DNA of 64,000 nt from Desulfomonilia bacterium (GTDB taxonomy: Bacteria; Desulfobacterota; Desulfomonilia; UBA1062), in NCBI GenBank assembly GCA_963664325.2, contig CAXXDQ010000008.1, forward strand, positions 64,001-128,000, read 5' to 3'. Shown here one piece after another: positions 1 through 11,387 of the stretch. The notes beneath the pieces were generated by a model, which was not told the DNA's origin, searched no databases, and saw only the letters and a list, made by a program, of their open reading frames with translations. The first letter of the stretch is position 1, and each line of letters begins with the position of its first letter. Both the position numbers and the translations under genes were made by a program.

Positions 1-278
1 TGGAGATCGGGATCACCCTGTCGACGGAGCCGGAACTGATTCTGCTGGATGAGCCCACGGCAGGCATGACGCGTGAGGAAACGGAACATGCCATCAGCAT
101 GATCGACCGGGTCACGAAGAATCGTACCCTGGTTATTATCGAGCATGATATGGATGTTGTATTTTCCCTGGCCGATACGATTTCCGTTCTTCACTACGGA
201 ACCATTCTCGTATCCGGTTCTCCCGAGGAGATTCGGAACGATCAGCGCGTCAAGGACGCTTATTTGGGGGAAGGATAA
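1..278 (+). CDS. livG: Branched-chain amino acid-type ABC ATP-binding protein (LivG-like), 5' partial
   Basis: LLDEPTAG, IIEHDMDVVF and C-terminal VKDAYLG motifs; lies directly upstream of the LivF-like gene. Confidence 0.85.
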   Translation, partial: EIGITLSTEPELILLDEPTAGMTREETEHAISMIDRVTKNRTLVIIEHDMDVVFSLADTISVLHYGTILVSGSPEEIRNDQRVKDAYLGEG

Positions 279-280
279 CC

Positions 281-988
281 ATGCTGGAAGTCAGGAATAT
301 TCATAGTTACTACGGGAAGAGCCATATCCTGCACGGGGTGTCCCTTGAATTGAAGGAAGGGGAAATGGTCTGCCTGCTGGGCCGTAACGGGGTCGGGAAA
401 TCGACAACGCTGAAAAGTATCATGGGCGTTGTCCAGCCGAAGGAGGGCAGCATCCGGTTTAAGGATCAGGAGTTGATCGGGCGGGAACCTTATGAAATTG
501 CCCGATTGGGAGTGGGTTACGTTCCCGAGGACCGGCGGATTTTCCGGAGTCTCACGGTTCATGAGAATCTGCTGATGGGGATCAAGAGCGGCAAGAGTCA
601 TGGCACCGGTGAAGCCTGGACGGTGGAGCGGGTTTACAAGTTGTTTCCGCGTCTGGAGGAAAGACGGAATAACAAAGGCGGTCATTTGTCCGGCGGAGAA
701 CAGCAGATGCTGACCGTGGTCAGGACCCTGATGGGCAATCCGCGGGTGATCCTGGTGGATGAACCCACGGAAGGTCTGGCGCCCCTGATCGTGAAGGATG
801 TTCTGGAGATGCTCTCCACGGTCCGGGAGTCGGGCGTGACGGTTTTGATGGTGGAGCAGAACTTCAAGGCGGCCATCAAGGTGGCGGATCGTTTTTATAT
901 CATGAGCAAAGGGCAGATGGTTTTCGAGGGAGATACTGCGGCCCTTATGGCTGCCGAGGATATCAGGAAAAATTATCTGGAAGTGTAA
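281..988 (+). CDS. livF: ABC ATP-binding protein (LivF-like)
   Basis: Walker A GRNGVGKST, LSGGEQQML, DEPTEGLAP, VEQN. Confidence 0.9.
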   Translation: MLEVRNIHSYYGKSHILHGVSLELKEGEMVCLLGRNGVGKSTTLKSIMGVVQPKEGSIRFKDQELIGREPYEIARLGVGYVPEDRRIFRSLTVHENLLMGIKSGKSHGTGEAWTVERVYKLFPRLEERRNNKGGHLSGGEQQMLTVVRTLMGNPRVILVDEPTEGLAPLIVKDVLEMLSTVRESGVTVLMVEQNFKAAIKVADRFYIMSKGQMVFEGDTAALMAAEDIRKNYLEV

Positions 989-1018
989 ACCAAAATTAAA
1001 AAAACAGGAGGTCGATTT

Positions 1019-2234
1019 ATGAAAAGAAAGATGTTCCAAAGTATCTGTGTGCTGTCCGTGATGCTGATGCTGTCGCTGCCGTTTGCTGCCATGGCCCAGG
1101 ACACCATGAAGGTCGGTGCCATAGAACCTCTGTCAGGGACTTTTAAGGATATCGGCGAACGGTATATCGAGGGACTCCAGTACGCGGTGAAGACCATTAA
1201 CGAGAGCGGCGGCTTGTTGGGTAAAAAAGTGGAACTTATCCTGATCGATTCCGAATTGAAACCGGATGTGGCGACACGAAAGGCACAGAGCCTGGTCATG
1301 AAGGATAACGTAAAGTTCTTCTGCGGCGGTACGGGAAGCTCCGTGGGCGCCGCCATGTCTCAGTTTGCGGAAAAGCAGAACCTGCTTTATTTTACCTGGG
1401 GTCAGGAAGCCGCCAATATGACCAACGAGAAGTGCAACAGGAATTTTTTCCGGGCCTGCGCCAATACGGATACCCATTCTTATGCCATTGCCTATCTGAT
1501 GGCAAAAAAAAGGGTACAAAAAAATAGGGATGATCGCCCAGGATTACTCTTTTGGCAAGGAAGCGCTGGCGGCTTTCAAGAAAAAAATGGCCAAGATCAG
1601 CCCCAACACTCAGATTGTGGCCGAACTCTATCATCCGGCCGGCACGAAAGATTACGCCCCTTACATCAGCCAATTGATCAGCGCCAAGCCCGATGCGATC
1701 TTTACGCCGAACTGGGGCAATGACCTGACCTTGCTTCTCAAGCAGGGCCGGCCTATGGGCATGAAGCAGAAGGTTTTTTCCTATTTCATCAACGATGAAG
1801 TCATGGTTAAATCGCTTGGCGATGACAGCCTGATCATCGGCGATATGGGCGCGGAAGTCTACACGCTTTCCATCCCGACCAAGAAAAACCAGGAATTTGT
1901 CGCTAAATTTTACAAAGAAAAGGGATTTTATCCGACATGGTGCCGCGGCAAGGCTTACACGGCATTCATGTTTTTCGCCGAAGCGGTCAAAAAAGCCGGA
2001 TCACTGGACGTAGGCGCCGTCATCAAAGCCTGGGAAGGCCTTTCCTATGAGGGGCCGGCAGGTGTATGGACCATGCGGGCCTGCGACCACCAGGTACAGG
2101 CGCCTTTCTGGGCTTTTGAGCATGTCAAGAAAAACAAGTTTTTCAATCACGCCTATATCGGTCCTTCCACGATGATCCCCGCCAAGGAAGCGGAAGCGCC
2201 GTGCGAGGAGACAGGCTGCAAAATGAAGAAATAG
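1019..2234 (+). CDS. ABC substrate-binding protein (Peripla_BP_6 type), split by a frameshift near the A-run at ~1504-1525
   Basis: Signal peptide, GGLLGKKVELI, QDYSFG; ORFs 1019-1723 and 1530-2234 form one protein. Confidence 0.85.
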
Positions 2235-2246
2235 TGAGGAGTAAAG

Positions 2247-3720
2247 ATGATTACAGGAAATCAGTATAAAGAAAGAATCGCCAAGTTGAGGCCGAACGTT
2301 TATCAGAAGGGGAAGTTGGTGGACCGTTTCGATCCGACGATTCAGGGCGGGATCAATGTCATGGCGGCCACGTATGACTTTGCCTCCGAGCCCGAGTTCA
2401 GCGGTGTCGGTGTGGCGACCTCCCATATCACGGGAGAGAAGATCAACCGTTATACCCATATCCATCAGACCATGGAGGATCTGCTGAACAAGCAGAAAAT
2501 GACGCGCCTGTACTGTCAGGAAGTGGGCGGCTGCATTCAGCGCTGCATGGGGATCGATGGGTTGAATGCTTTATCCATCGCCAGTTATGATGCGGATGTG
2601 AAGCATGGCACGAGCTATAACAAGAATTTTATCGAATTCATGAAAAAAGTGCAGGCGGAGGATCTCTCCCTGGTTTGTGCCCAGACGGACGTGAAAGGGA
2701 ACCGTCCCTGGCGTCCCGGAAAACAGCAGGACCCGGATCTCTATCTGCGGGTTGTTGAGAAGAGGCCGGATGGGATCATTGTTACCGGGGCCAAAGCACA
2801 TAATTCCTGTTCCGCTTATGCGGATGAGATTATCGTATTGCCACACGCGAAACATGGTTGCCGATGAAGGCGACTGGGCGGTGGCTTTTTCCATACCGGC
2901 CGACTGGGAAGGGGTGACGATCATCAATGGCGCTTTTTCACCCCCGCAGCGCAAGAAATTGGATGCCCCTTACAACAAACTGGGTATCTCTCACTCTCTG
3001 ACGGTATTCGACAAGGTTTTCATTCCCCGGGAGCGGGTCTTCCTGTGCGGGGAAACGGAGCAAGCGGGCAAAGCAGCCCTGTTTTTTGCCTTGTACCATC
3101 GCCATAGTTATTGCGGCTGCAAGGCGGCCTTGTCGGAGATCTTTACGGGCGCTACAGCGCTGGCGGCGGAGTACAACGGCATCGCGAACGCCCAGCATGT
3201 GCGGCATCAGTTGGCGGAGATGATTCAGATCGTGGACTTGATTTATGCCGCGGGTATTGCCGCAGCCATGAATTACACGAAGGCCGGTTCGGGCACGGCC
3301 ATCCCTGACACGAACTACTGCAATGCAGGGCGGATGCTGGCGGGAGAGGCGATTTACGGGGAATATGAAGCGTTGGCTGCGATCGCGGGCGGGCTGGCCG
3401 CGACGCTACCCCACGAGGAGGATTTCTATGATGAGAAGCTGGGTCCCTACCTGGAGAAATACATCATGCGGAATCCCGAGATTTCAGCGGAGAATCAGCA
3501 TCGGGCTTTTCGTCTGTTTCAGGACATGATGTCATCGGTGTGGGGCGGCCATAAGCTGATCGATGCGCTTCACGGCGGCGGCTCGCCGGTGATCGAGAAG
3601 GTGGCCATTTATCGTGATCACAATATCGAGCATTCCAAGAGTATTGCGAAGAAGCTGGCGGGCATTCCCTACGAAGGCTCGACGCGTGGCATCTTCCGGG
3701 AAAAGCGCTCCTGGTATTGA
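2247..3720 (+). CDS. 4-hydroxybutyryl-CoA dehydratase-like (AbfD/HpaB family) FAD/4Fe-4S enzyme, frameshift near 2845
   Basis: CIQRC and HRHSYCGCK Fe-S ligand motifs, AQTDVKG, GAKAH, HGGGSP. Confidence 0.8.
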
Positions 3721-3775
3721 TCGGATAGGTGCTTTTCACGGTAAAAGCAATTGAGGACTTCATTTAATAAGTCAA

Positions 3776-3803
3776 TTCGGGAAGGCGCTTATGCCTTCCC
3801 GAA
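3776..3803. terminator. Intergenic hairpin TTCGGGAAGGC/GCCTTCCCGAA
   Basis: 11-bp perfect inverted repeat between genes; no clear U-tail. Confidence 0.45.
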
Positions 3804-3893
3804 AATCCGATAACCGGGTTGCCCGGCCGTATCGGACGGTTTTGCGAATCGATTGGCTCCGAGGACAGGAGCGTGCGACAGGAGAAGTTTGCA

Positions 3894-5187
3894 ATGGAGA
3901 CAATAAAACCGGGGCCGCTTTCCGGCCTGACGGTACTGGATTTTACATGGGTTCTCGCGGGGCCTCATGCCACGAAAACGCTGACCGACATGGGAGCCCA
4001 TGTCATTAAAGTTGAACACTACAAAAATGGAACCAATGAACGGGCACAAAATCTCCGGGTTCAGCATAATGGTGTGATCCAAAGTTCCTACCACATCCAT
4101 CTGAACCGAGGGAAAAAAAGCACCTGCATCAATCTCAAGCATCCCAAGGGAATCGGAATCATCCATGGCTTGCTCAGGAAAAGCGACATCGTGATTGAAA
4201 ACTTTGCCCCGGGGGTTATGGACCGATTGAAGTTGGATTACGACTCAGTCAAGAAGATTAAGCCGGATATCATTTATTGTTCCATTTCTTGTTTTCGGCC
4301 ATTGGGGTCCCTACAGCCATAAACCGGGTTATGATGTCATTGCTCAAGCAGCAAGCGGATGGACAAGCCAAAGCGAGCCTCCTATCATGGCGCCTGTTTC
4401 GATCGGCGATACAACGGCGTCCATGCATGCCTGCACTGCCATCCTGGCTGCCGTCTATAACAGGATCATGACGGGGAAAGGACAAAACATCGATATCTCC
4501 ATGGTGGACTGTCTGTTCTCACTTCACGAGAATGCGGTTCCCTGGTTTTTTATCAGTGACGCAGCGGGTAATCCGGTCAGGATGCCCAGAACGGGTCAGA
4601 AAAGCCCGGCCAATGCCCCTTACGGAATCTACAACGCTAAAAACGGGTGCATTGCTATTGCCAGTCTCACGGCTAATCGCTGGCCGCAGCTCATTGAACT
4701 CATGGGACCGGAATATGCCTGGCTGAAGGAAGATCCCCGGCTGCAGGATCCTGCCAGCCGTATCAGTATGGAAAATGCGCCGCTGATTCATGAAGCCTTG
4801 GAGAGCTGGGTCCAGTCGCAGGATTCCGTCGAGGAGACCGAGAGAAAATTGGAGGATGCCGGGATTCCCTGTTCTCGGGTGAAAGACTTGATCGAACTGG
4901 CAACAGAGGACCCTCATATGGAGGCGAGGGAAATGCGGCCCGAGAGGTATCAACCCTTTATCGGGAACATGAAGATGTACGGCAGTCCTTTGAAATTCTC
5001 GGAAACGCCTTCCACGATTCGTGGATATGCGCCTCTCCTGGGAGAGCACAATCAAGAAATTCTCTCGACCTTTCTGAATTACTCTGATCGGGAGATAGAG
5101 TCGCTCTATCAAGAGGATGTTCTGTATCACGCTCCGGAAGTAGAGAAGCTGCCGGATGAATTGAAAAAGGCAAATAAACAGGAATAA
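3894..5187 (+). CDS. CaiB/BaiF family III CoA-transferase, frameshift near 4290
   Basis: GPLSGLTVLDFTWVLAGP, LNRGKKS, ENFAPG, IGDTTAS, APLLGEHN. Confidence 0.9.
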
Positions 5188-5735
5188 GGCATATATTGAG
5201 CGCTCAGGCAGAGGGACGGCTCTTACTGAAGCGGTACGGAGGCTGGGCACGTGGGAACATTAACCGCAAAAACAGCATGGATCACGGGAGGGGGCACCAT
5301 GTATTGCATCCAGGCCGTGCTCCCCGCCATGAGATCCGGAAGGCATTCATATCTCTTCCCGGGCGGACCGGATATGACACACACTATTCGTTCATAGGAA
5401 GTCCTGCTCTCCAGACCGACGTCTGCTGAGCAGAACCCCGCCTGCACCCGTATCTATGATGAATCTGCCGTTTTGACTGCCCAGGGCAACCCGGGGAATA
5501 AAAGAAACGATCAACGCGGTATCTCCGGCTCCGGTTGCATAAAGAACGCCGGCGCTTGTCATCACCCGTATGCCGGCTCCCCGTCCGGATCGGGAAGACG
5601 GGAAGACCATGCCCAGGGTAGCTGGAAGGTTGCCGCCGCCCCATGGATAAAGCTTCAGGATTCAAAGAGAAACATCCTCAACAGATCGCTTCAGTCCTCC
5701 TTTCCCATGCCTCACACACCCTGCCGTGAAAACAC

Positions 5736-5789
5736 TTGACAAAGAAAATTTAATTCTATAATAAGAAACATCATTTCGCAATACGGAAT
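5736..5789 (+). promoter_or_regulatory. sigma70-like promoter plus putative IclR operator
   Basis: TTGACA(5736)-15 bp-TATAAT(5757), then imperfect palindrome ATTTCGCAATACGGAAT (5773-5789) just before the IclR gene. Confidence 0.5.
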
Positions 5790-5796
5790 ATAAAAC

Positions 5797-6585
5797 ATGG
5801 CGGATACAAAACCCGGAAACCTTGTGCAAACCATTGAACGGGTAGCGGCCATCCTGGATATCGTGGGCCGCAATGCCCAGGGCATCGCCATCAAGGATCT
5901 GTCCGCAAAACTGCATCTCCCGAAAGGCACGGTCCATCGGCTCCTCTCCTCTCTCGCCTATTTCGGATATATCCGGCAGGATGCAAAAAAGAATAATTAT
6001 TTCCTAGGATTAAAACTTCTTGAGCTGGGCAACCTGATTGCCGATCAGCTCGATCTCCGAAGAATAGCCAAACCCCTGCTCCTGGGCCTCGTTGAGAAAG
6101 TCCGCGAAACGGCTCATATGGTGATTCTCGAACGGAACGAGGTTGTGTACATCGATAAAATCGAAACGGTACAGGACACCAGCGCCCTCAAAATGGTGTC
6201 TCGCGTGGGTTCAAGGAACCTTGCCCACAGTTGTGCCGTGGGAAAGGTGCTTCTGTCGCACCTCTCTCCTGATGAACTCGATAAGTTGATTGCGGAAAAG
6301 GGGTTGCCGCAGAAGACCGAGCATACCATAACGGATACCGTCATCCTGAAAGAACACCTGGTCACCGTGAAAAACCAGGGGTTCGCCATTGACAATGAGG
6401 AAAGCGAGATCGGCATCCGCTGCGTTGCCGCCCCCATCTTTGACGGCAAGGGCAAGGCGATTGCCGCAATCAGCATTTCCGGTCCCGCCTTCAGGGTCAC
6501 GATCATGCGGATCCAGGATGCGATCGTCAATGATGTCATCAAGACGGCCTCGGACATCTCGGACCTGCTCGGATTCACGGGGTAA
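5797..6585 (+). CDS. IclR family transcriptional regulator (KdgR-like)
   Basis: N-terminal HTH LPKGTVHRLL, HSCAVGKVLL, GIRCVAAPI; adjacent to kduI/kduD. Confidence 0.9.
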   Translation: MADTKPGNLVQTIERVAAILDIVGRNAQGIAIKDLSAKLHLPKGTVHRLLSSLAYFGYIRQDAKKNNYFLGLKLLELGNLIADQLDLRRIAKPLLLGLVEKVRETAHMVILERNEVVYIDKIETVQDTSALKMVSRVGSRNLAHSCAVGKVLLSHLSPDELDKLIAEKGLPQKTEHTITDTVILKEHLVTVKNQGFAIDNEESEIGIRCVAAPIFDGKGKAIAAISISGPAFRVTIMRIQDAIVNDVIKTASDISDLLGFTG

Positions 6586-6708
6586 GAGGAACGGCAGGCA
6601 ACACAGAAGAGGAGGCGGGGAAGACCAAGTTTGGGAGAGGCAAGGAATTATGACCATCAAATGATGAAGGGCGGGTCTTTCATCAATCATCACATTAAGG
6701 AGGGGAAA

Positions 6709-7698
6709 ATGAAAAAACTGCTGGTCACTGTCTTATTGTTTGCCCTTGTTTGTTGCGTTTACGGCACGGACGCCGGGGCGGCAGCCATGGAGATGAAACT
6801 GGGGCATTTTGCCGCCGATACCCATCCGGGGAACCTGGCGAGCAAAATGTTCGCCGATGCCGTTTTCAAGAGAACGAACGGTCAGATCAAAATCACCACT
6901 TACCCGAACAATGCGCTGGGATCGCCCCCGGAAGTCCTGGAACAAAACATTCTCGGCGCCGTGGACATGAGCCTGCCCACACAGGGACAGCTCGGGAAGT
7001 ACTCCAAAAAATTCAACTGCGTCATGCTTCCTTTTGTTTTCAGCAATTACGCCCAGGCGGATAAGGTCCTGGACGGGCCTTTCCTCAAATGGGCCGTTGC
7101 CGATCTCGACAAGGCGGGATTGGTATTCCTGTCGAACTGGGAATGGGGGTTCAGGAATCTGACCAACAATTTGCGGCCCGTCAAGAATCCCGAGGATGCC
7201 AAAGGACTCAAAATAAGAACGCCGCCAGAATTGCCGACCCAGGCCGCGATGGAAGCGCTGGGCGCCGTTGTGGCCACCATCAATTTCAACGAACTGCAAA
7301 TGGCCCTGAAGCAGGGCGTCGTGGACGGCCAGGAAAACCCCATTGCCGTCATTTTTGCGAATAAGATTTATGAGACCCAGAAATATCTCACCATGACGGG
7401 CCATAATTACAACACCATGGTTCATGTCATCAGTAAAAAAACCTGGAACAAGCTGACGCCGGAACAGAAAACCATCCTCCATGAAGAGAGTAAAAAGGCC
7501 GGGGACTGGATGAAAAAAGCTGTCCGGGACGCCGAAGCGGACCAGATAAAACAATTGCAGAAATTCGGCATGCAGGTCGTCTACCCGGACAAGGCCAAGT
7601 TCAAGGCCCTCATGAAACCGGCCTACGACCGGATGAAGGGAATCGCCGGTGAAGACAATATCGGTGCATTCGTCAAAATGGTGGAAGCAACCAAATAA
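6709..7698 (+). CDS. dctP: TRAP transporter substrate-binding protein
   Basis: Signal peptide, WGFRNLT, KGLKIR, GVVDGQENP. Confidence 0.9.
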   Translation: MKKLLVTVLLFALVCCVYGTDAGAAAMEMKLGHFAADTHPGNLASKMFADAVFKRTNGQIKITTYPNNALGSPPEVLEQNILGAVDMSLPTQGQLGKYSKKFNCVMLPFVFSNYAQADKVLDGPFLKWAVADLDKAGLVFLSNWEWGFRNLTNNLRPVKNPEDAKGLKIRTPPELPTQAAMEALGAVVATINFNELQMALKQGVVDGQENPIAVIFANKIYETQKYLTMTGHNYNTMVHVISKKTWNKLTPEQKTILHEESKKAGDWMKKAVRDAEADQIKQLQKFGMQVVYPDKAKFKALMKPAYDRMKGIAGEDNIGAFVKMVEATK

Positions 7699-7730
7699 TA
7701 ACGGCACAAGAGAAAAACGGGTGAACTGAC

Positions 7731-9014
7731 ATGTTAATCCTGTTCATTTTCCTGGTCCTGCTGATCCTCATCATGATCGATCTTCCCATTGCTGTTGCCA
7801 TGGGCCTGACGGCGATTATCTTCTTCGTCGGCCTGGGCGACAGCTCGTTGCTGACCATGCTGCCCCAGCGAATGTACGCCTCCACCACGGGCTTCACCCT
7901 CCTGGCCATCCCCTTTTTCATCCTGGCCGGGAATCTGATGAACAGCGGCGGCGTTACGAGCCGGATCTTCCGCTTTGCCAAGGCCCTTTTCGGCCATTTT
8001 ACGGGCGGCATGGGGCAGGTCTGCGTGGTGGCGAATGTCATCTTTTCCGGCATGTCGGGCTCGGCCATCGCCGATGCGGCCGGGTTGGGGCAGGTCCTTT
8101 ACAAGGCCATGATCGACAGCGGGTTCACGCCGCGCTTTGCCGCCGCCATCGTGGCCGCCGCCGCCACCATCGGTCCCGTCATCCCGCCGAGCATTCCTTT
8201 TGTCCTTTACGGCGCCCTCACGGGCGTATCCGTCAGCGCCCTGTTTCTCGCCGGATTCATCCCCGGCATCCTGATGGCCATTGCCATGATGATTGCCATC
8301 TATTTTCTGGCCAAACGCCGGAATTTACACCGGGAGCCCAGGGCCGATTTCAAAGAGGTTGTGGCCAGCATCAAGGGGGCGTTTCTGGCCCTCCTGACGC
8401 CGGTCATCATCATCGGCGGCATCCTTCTGGGAATATTCACGCCCACGGAAGCGGCGGTTGTCGCGTCTCTCTATGCATTATTTCTGGGGTTTTTGTATAA
8501 GGATCTCACCCTGAAGGATTTGCCCCGCATCTTCTGGGTCACGATCCGGCAGACGGTATCCCTCATGTTCATCATTGCCGCTGCCGGTTTCTTCGGCTGG
8601 TTTACCATCTATCACAAGATCCCGGACGAGATCATCCTGAGCCTGACCGGTTTGAGCATGACATCCGCTAGTGTCATCGCCATTGTCATTTTCATTGTCC
8701 TGATTCTGGGCATGTTTCTGGAGGGCAATGCCATCTTCATCCTCACCATCCCTTTTTTTGCCCCCATGTGCCGCCAATTCGGGATCGATCTGGTTAATTT
8801 CGGCGTCGTCATGACCCTGCTCATCATGATCGGCAATCTGACGCCTCCCGTGGGCATGTGCCTGTTTGCCGTATCGTCCTTCAGTAAAGTCACGCTGGGC
8901 GAGCTGTCGAAGGAAGTCTGGCCTTACATCATCGGCATATTGCTGGTCACGATCCTCATTGCGTATGTTCCTGCCATCGCCCTGTTTATCCCGAACGTCA
9001 TGGGGGGAAAGTGA
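7731..9014 (+). CDS. dctM: TRAP transporter large permease
   Basis: LLAIPFFILAG, GMSGSAIADAA, IPPSIP, TPTEAA, LTPPVG. Confidence 0.92.
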   Translation: MLILFIFLVLLILIMIDLPIAVAMGLTAIIFFVGLGDSSLLTMLPQRMYASTTGFTLLAIPFFILAGNLMNSGGVTSRIFRFAKALFGHFTGGMGQVCVVANVIFSGMSGSAIADAAGLGQVLYKAMIDSGFTPRFAAAIVAAAATIGPVIPPSIPFVLYGALTGVSVSALFLAGFIPGILMAIAMMIAIYFLAKRRNLHREPRADFKEVVASIKGAFLALLTPVIIIGGILLGIFTPTEAAVVASLYALFLGFLYKDLTLKDLPRIFWVTIRQTVSLMFIIAAAGFFGWFTIYHKIPDEIILSLTGLSMTSASVIAIVIFIVLILGMFLEGNAIFILTIPFFAPMCRQFGIDLVNFGVVMTLLIMIGNLTPPVGMCLFAVSSFSKVTLGELSKEVWPYIIGILLVTILIAYVPAIALFIPNVMGGK

Positions 9015-9046
9015 TCGTTGGCCATGCTTTGCGAAAGGACCTGCTT

Positions 9047-9541
9047 ATGAATCTGTTAAAACAAATCGACCGGATCATCCTGAAGGTGCTCAAGGCCGTC
9101 TCGATTGCCTGCTTCATTATCCTGACCGTCCTGGTTGCGGCCAATGTCGTCATCCGGTTTTTCCCCGTCGTATCCCTGCACTGGTTCGACGAGATTATCG
9201 AACTCGTGGTGGCGGCCCTCATTTTTTACGGCTCTGCCGCGCTCTGGATTACCCGGGAACATTTCAGCGTGGGGGACTGGATCGGGAAACGCCTCGCCCC
9301 GAGGCCCCGGCACGCCTATCGGCTGGTCGTCGAGTTGCTGGCGCTGGGCTTTATCGTGCTTTTTTTCCATTATTCCTATGCCCTGACCGCTTCCGCGGAG
9401 GATGTGACCAATGCCTTCGCCATTCCCAAATGGATTCTCTATGCCTGTCTTCCCGTTTCCGCAGCGATCATGATGATTTATTCCGTCCGGAACATCCTGG
9501 GTGAACTGGCGGGAATCCTCAAACATCAAAGCAGCGCGTGA
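9047..9541 (+). CDS. dctQ: TRAP transporter small permease
   Basis: About 4 TM helices, W-x-DE and EH motifs, position in the TRAP operon. Confidence 0.85.
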   Translation: MNLLKQIDRIILKVLKAVSIACFIILTVLVAANVVIRFFPVVSLHWFDEIIELVVAALIFYGSAALWITREHFSVGDWIGKRLAPRPRHAYRLVVELLALGFIVLFFHYSYALTASAEDVTNAFAIPKWILYACLPVSAAIMMIYSVRNILGELAGILKHQSSA

Positions 9542-9586
9542 GGCAAAAGCGCCTCCCCTGCCGGAAATACGAGAAAGGAGCGTAAA

Positions 9587-10417
9587 ATGGATATTCGGTA
9601 TGCCTTGCATGCGGATCATTTCAAGATGCTGACCACGGGAGAGGTGAGGAAACATCTTTTGATCGAAAACCTTTTTGAGAAAGACAAGGCCAGTTTGGTT
9701 TACAGCCACGTGGACCGGATCATTGTCGGCGGCGTTATGCCCGTTGACGGGAGCGTGGCGCTCGGTGTGACCAAGGCCCTCGGGGTCGATTATTTCCTGG
9801 AGAGACGGGAAATCGGGATCATCAACATCGGTGCCGACGGGACCGTGGTCGTCGATGGCGCGGACTATCGCCTGAAAAAGAAAGAGGGCCTCTACGTGGG
9901 CATGGGCGCCCGGGACATCGGTTTCCGGAGCGACGACCAGGCCTCACCTGCCAAATTTTACTTCAACAGCGCACCGGCACACGCGCAGTGGCCGACCGTC
10001 AAGATCACGAAAGAAAATGCCAACCGCCTTGACCTGGGCTCGGACGAAGAGGCCAACAAACGGACCATATATCAGCTTATCCATCCCGCTGTCCTGAAAA
10101 GCTGCCAGCTCGTGATGGGATTTACGGAACTGGCGACGGGAAGCGTCTGGAATACCATGCCCTGCCACACCCACGACCGGCGCATGGAAGTCTATTGCTA
10201 TTTTGAGATTCCCGACGGAGCCGCGGTTTTCCACATGACCGGGGAGCCGCAGGAAACGCGGCACATGGTGGTCAGAAACGAACAGGCCGTTATTTCGCCG
10301 AGCTGGTCGATCCATTCCGGCGTCGGGACAAAAAATTATACGTTTATCTGGGGGATGGTGGGAGAGAATCAAACCTTTACCGACATGGATGAAGTCCCCA
10401 TGTCATCACTTCGATGA
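9587..10417 (+). CDS. kduI: 4-deoxy-L-threo-5-hexosulose-uronate ketol-isomerase
   Basis: YSHVDRIIVGG, YFLERRE, WNTMPCHTHDRRMEVY, SPSWSIHSG. Confidence 0.95.
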   Translation: MDIRYALHADHFKMLTTGEVRKHLLIENLFEKDKASLVYSHVDRIIVGGVMPVDGSVALGVTKALGVDYFLERREIGIINIGADGTVVVDGADYRLKKKEGLYVGMGARDIGFRSDDQASPAKFYFNSAPAHAQWPTVKITKENANRLDLGSDEEANKRTIYQLIHPAVLKSCQLVMGFTELATGSVWNTMPCHTHDRRMEVYCYFEIPDGAAVFHMTGEPQETRHMVVRNEQAVISPSWSIHSGVGTKNYTFIWGMVGENQTFTDMDEVPMSSLR

Positions 10418-10436
10418 TCCCGGGAAAGGGAGGTGC

Positions 10437-11201
10437 ATGATGATCCTTGATCAATTCAGACTCAACGGCAAGACAGCCATCGTGACAGGCGCCCGGACCG
10501 GCCTGGGGCAGGGTATGGCCTGCGGCCTGGCAGAGGCCGGTGCCGACATTGTGGGCATTGATTTGACCGGCATGGAAGAAACGAAGAAGGCCATCGAGGG
10601 CCTGGGCAGGATTTTTTTGCCCGTGGAAGCCGATCTTTCGGATATACGGGTCATTGACGGCATCATGCAAAAAGCCGTTGCCGCCTTCGGCAAGGTCCAT
10701 ATCCTGATCAACAACGCCGGCATCATCCGCAGGACCGACGCCATCGAATTCAGCGAACAGGACTGGGATGAGGTCATGAATATCAACCTGAAAACGGTTT
10801 TTTTCTTTTCCCAGGCCGTGGCCCGGCAATTCCTCAAACAGGGCGGCGGCGGAAAGATCATCAATGTCGCATCGCTCCTTTCCTATCAGGGCGGAATCCG
10901 CGTCCCCTCCTACACGGCAAGTAAAAGCGGGGTCATGGGCATCACCCGGCTTATGGCAAACGAGTGGGCCGCCCATGCCATCAATGTCAACGCCATTGCG
11001 CCCGGCTATATGGCAACGGATAACACGGCGCCGCTGCGGGCGGACCCGAAGAGAAGCAGCGAGATCCTGGGCCGGATACCGGCAGGACGCTGGGGGTTGC
11101 CCGAGGATCTCAAAGGCGTGGCGGTCTTTCTGGCGTCTGCCGCCTCAAGCTACATAAACGGCTATACGATTGCCGTGGACGGCGGGTGGCTTGCGCGGTA
11201 A
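10437..11201 (+). CDS. kduD: 2-dehydro-3-deoxy-D-gluconate 5-dehydrogenase
   Basis: SDR with QGGIRVPSYTASKSG and C-terminal VDGGWLAR; follows kduI. Confidence 0.93.
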   Translation: MMILDQFRLNGKTAIVTGARTGLGQGMACGLAEAGADIVGIDLTGMEETKKAIEGLGRIFLPVEADLSDIRVIDGIMQKAVAAFGKVHILINNAGIIRRTDAIEFSEQDWDEVMNINLKTVFFFSQAVARQFLKQGGGGKIINVASLLSYQGGIRVPSYTASKSGVMGITRLMANEWAAHAINVNAIAPGYMATDNTAPLRADPKRSSEILGRIPAGRWGLPEDLKGVAVFLASAASSYINGYTIAVDGGWLAR

Positions 11202-11387
11202 AGTGACGTCGCTCAGGCCGCCGGTCCTGACATGCCCTATCCGGCACGTCTGTCCGGAATTCGGTACGAGCAAAAAAATCCAATGCCGTTGATTTCAGCG
11301 CCTAAAGTCAACGATATTGCGGTGAACTTCGGGCACTACCTTGGTACTACGTGTACGCTTTGACGCTTTGCTTTTAGTGCTTTGCTT

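Noticed and set aside
1500-1530. Programmed frameshift or phase variation at A-runs (also the G-run at 62283)
   Set aside because: Indistinguishable from the window-wide homopolymer indel errors.
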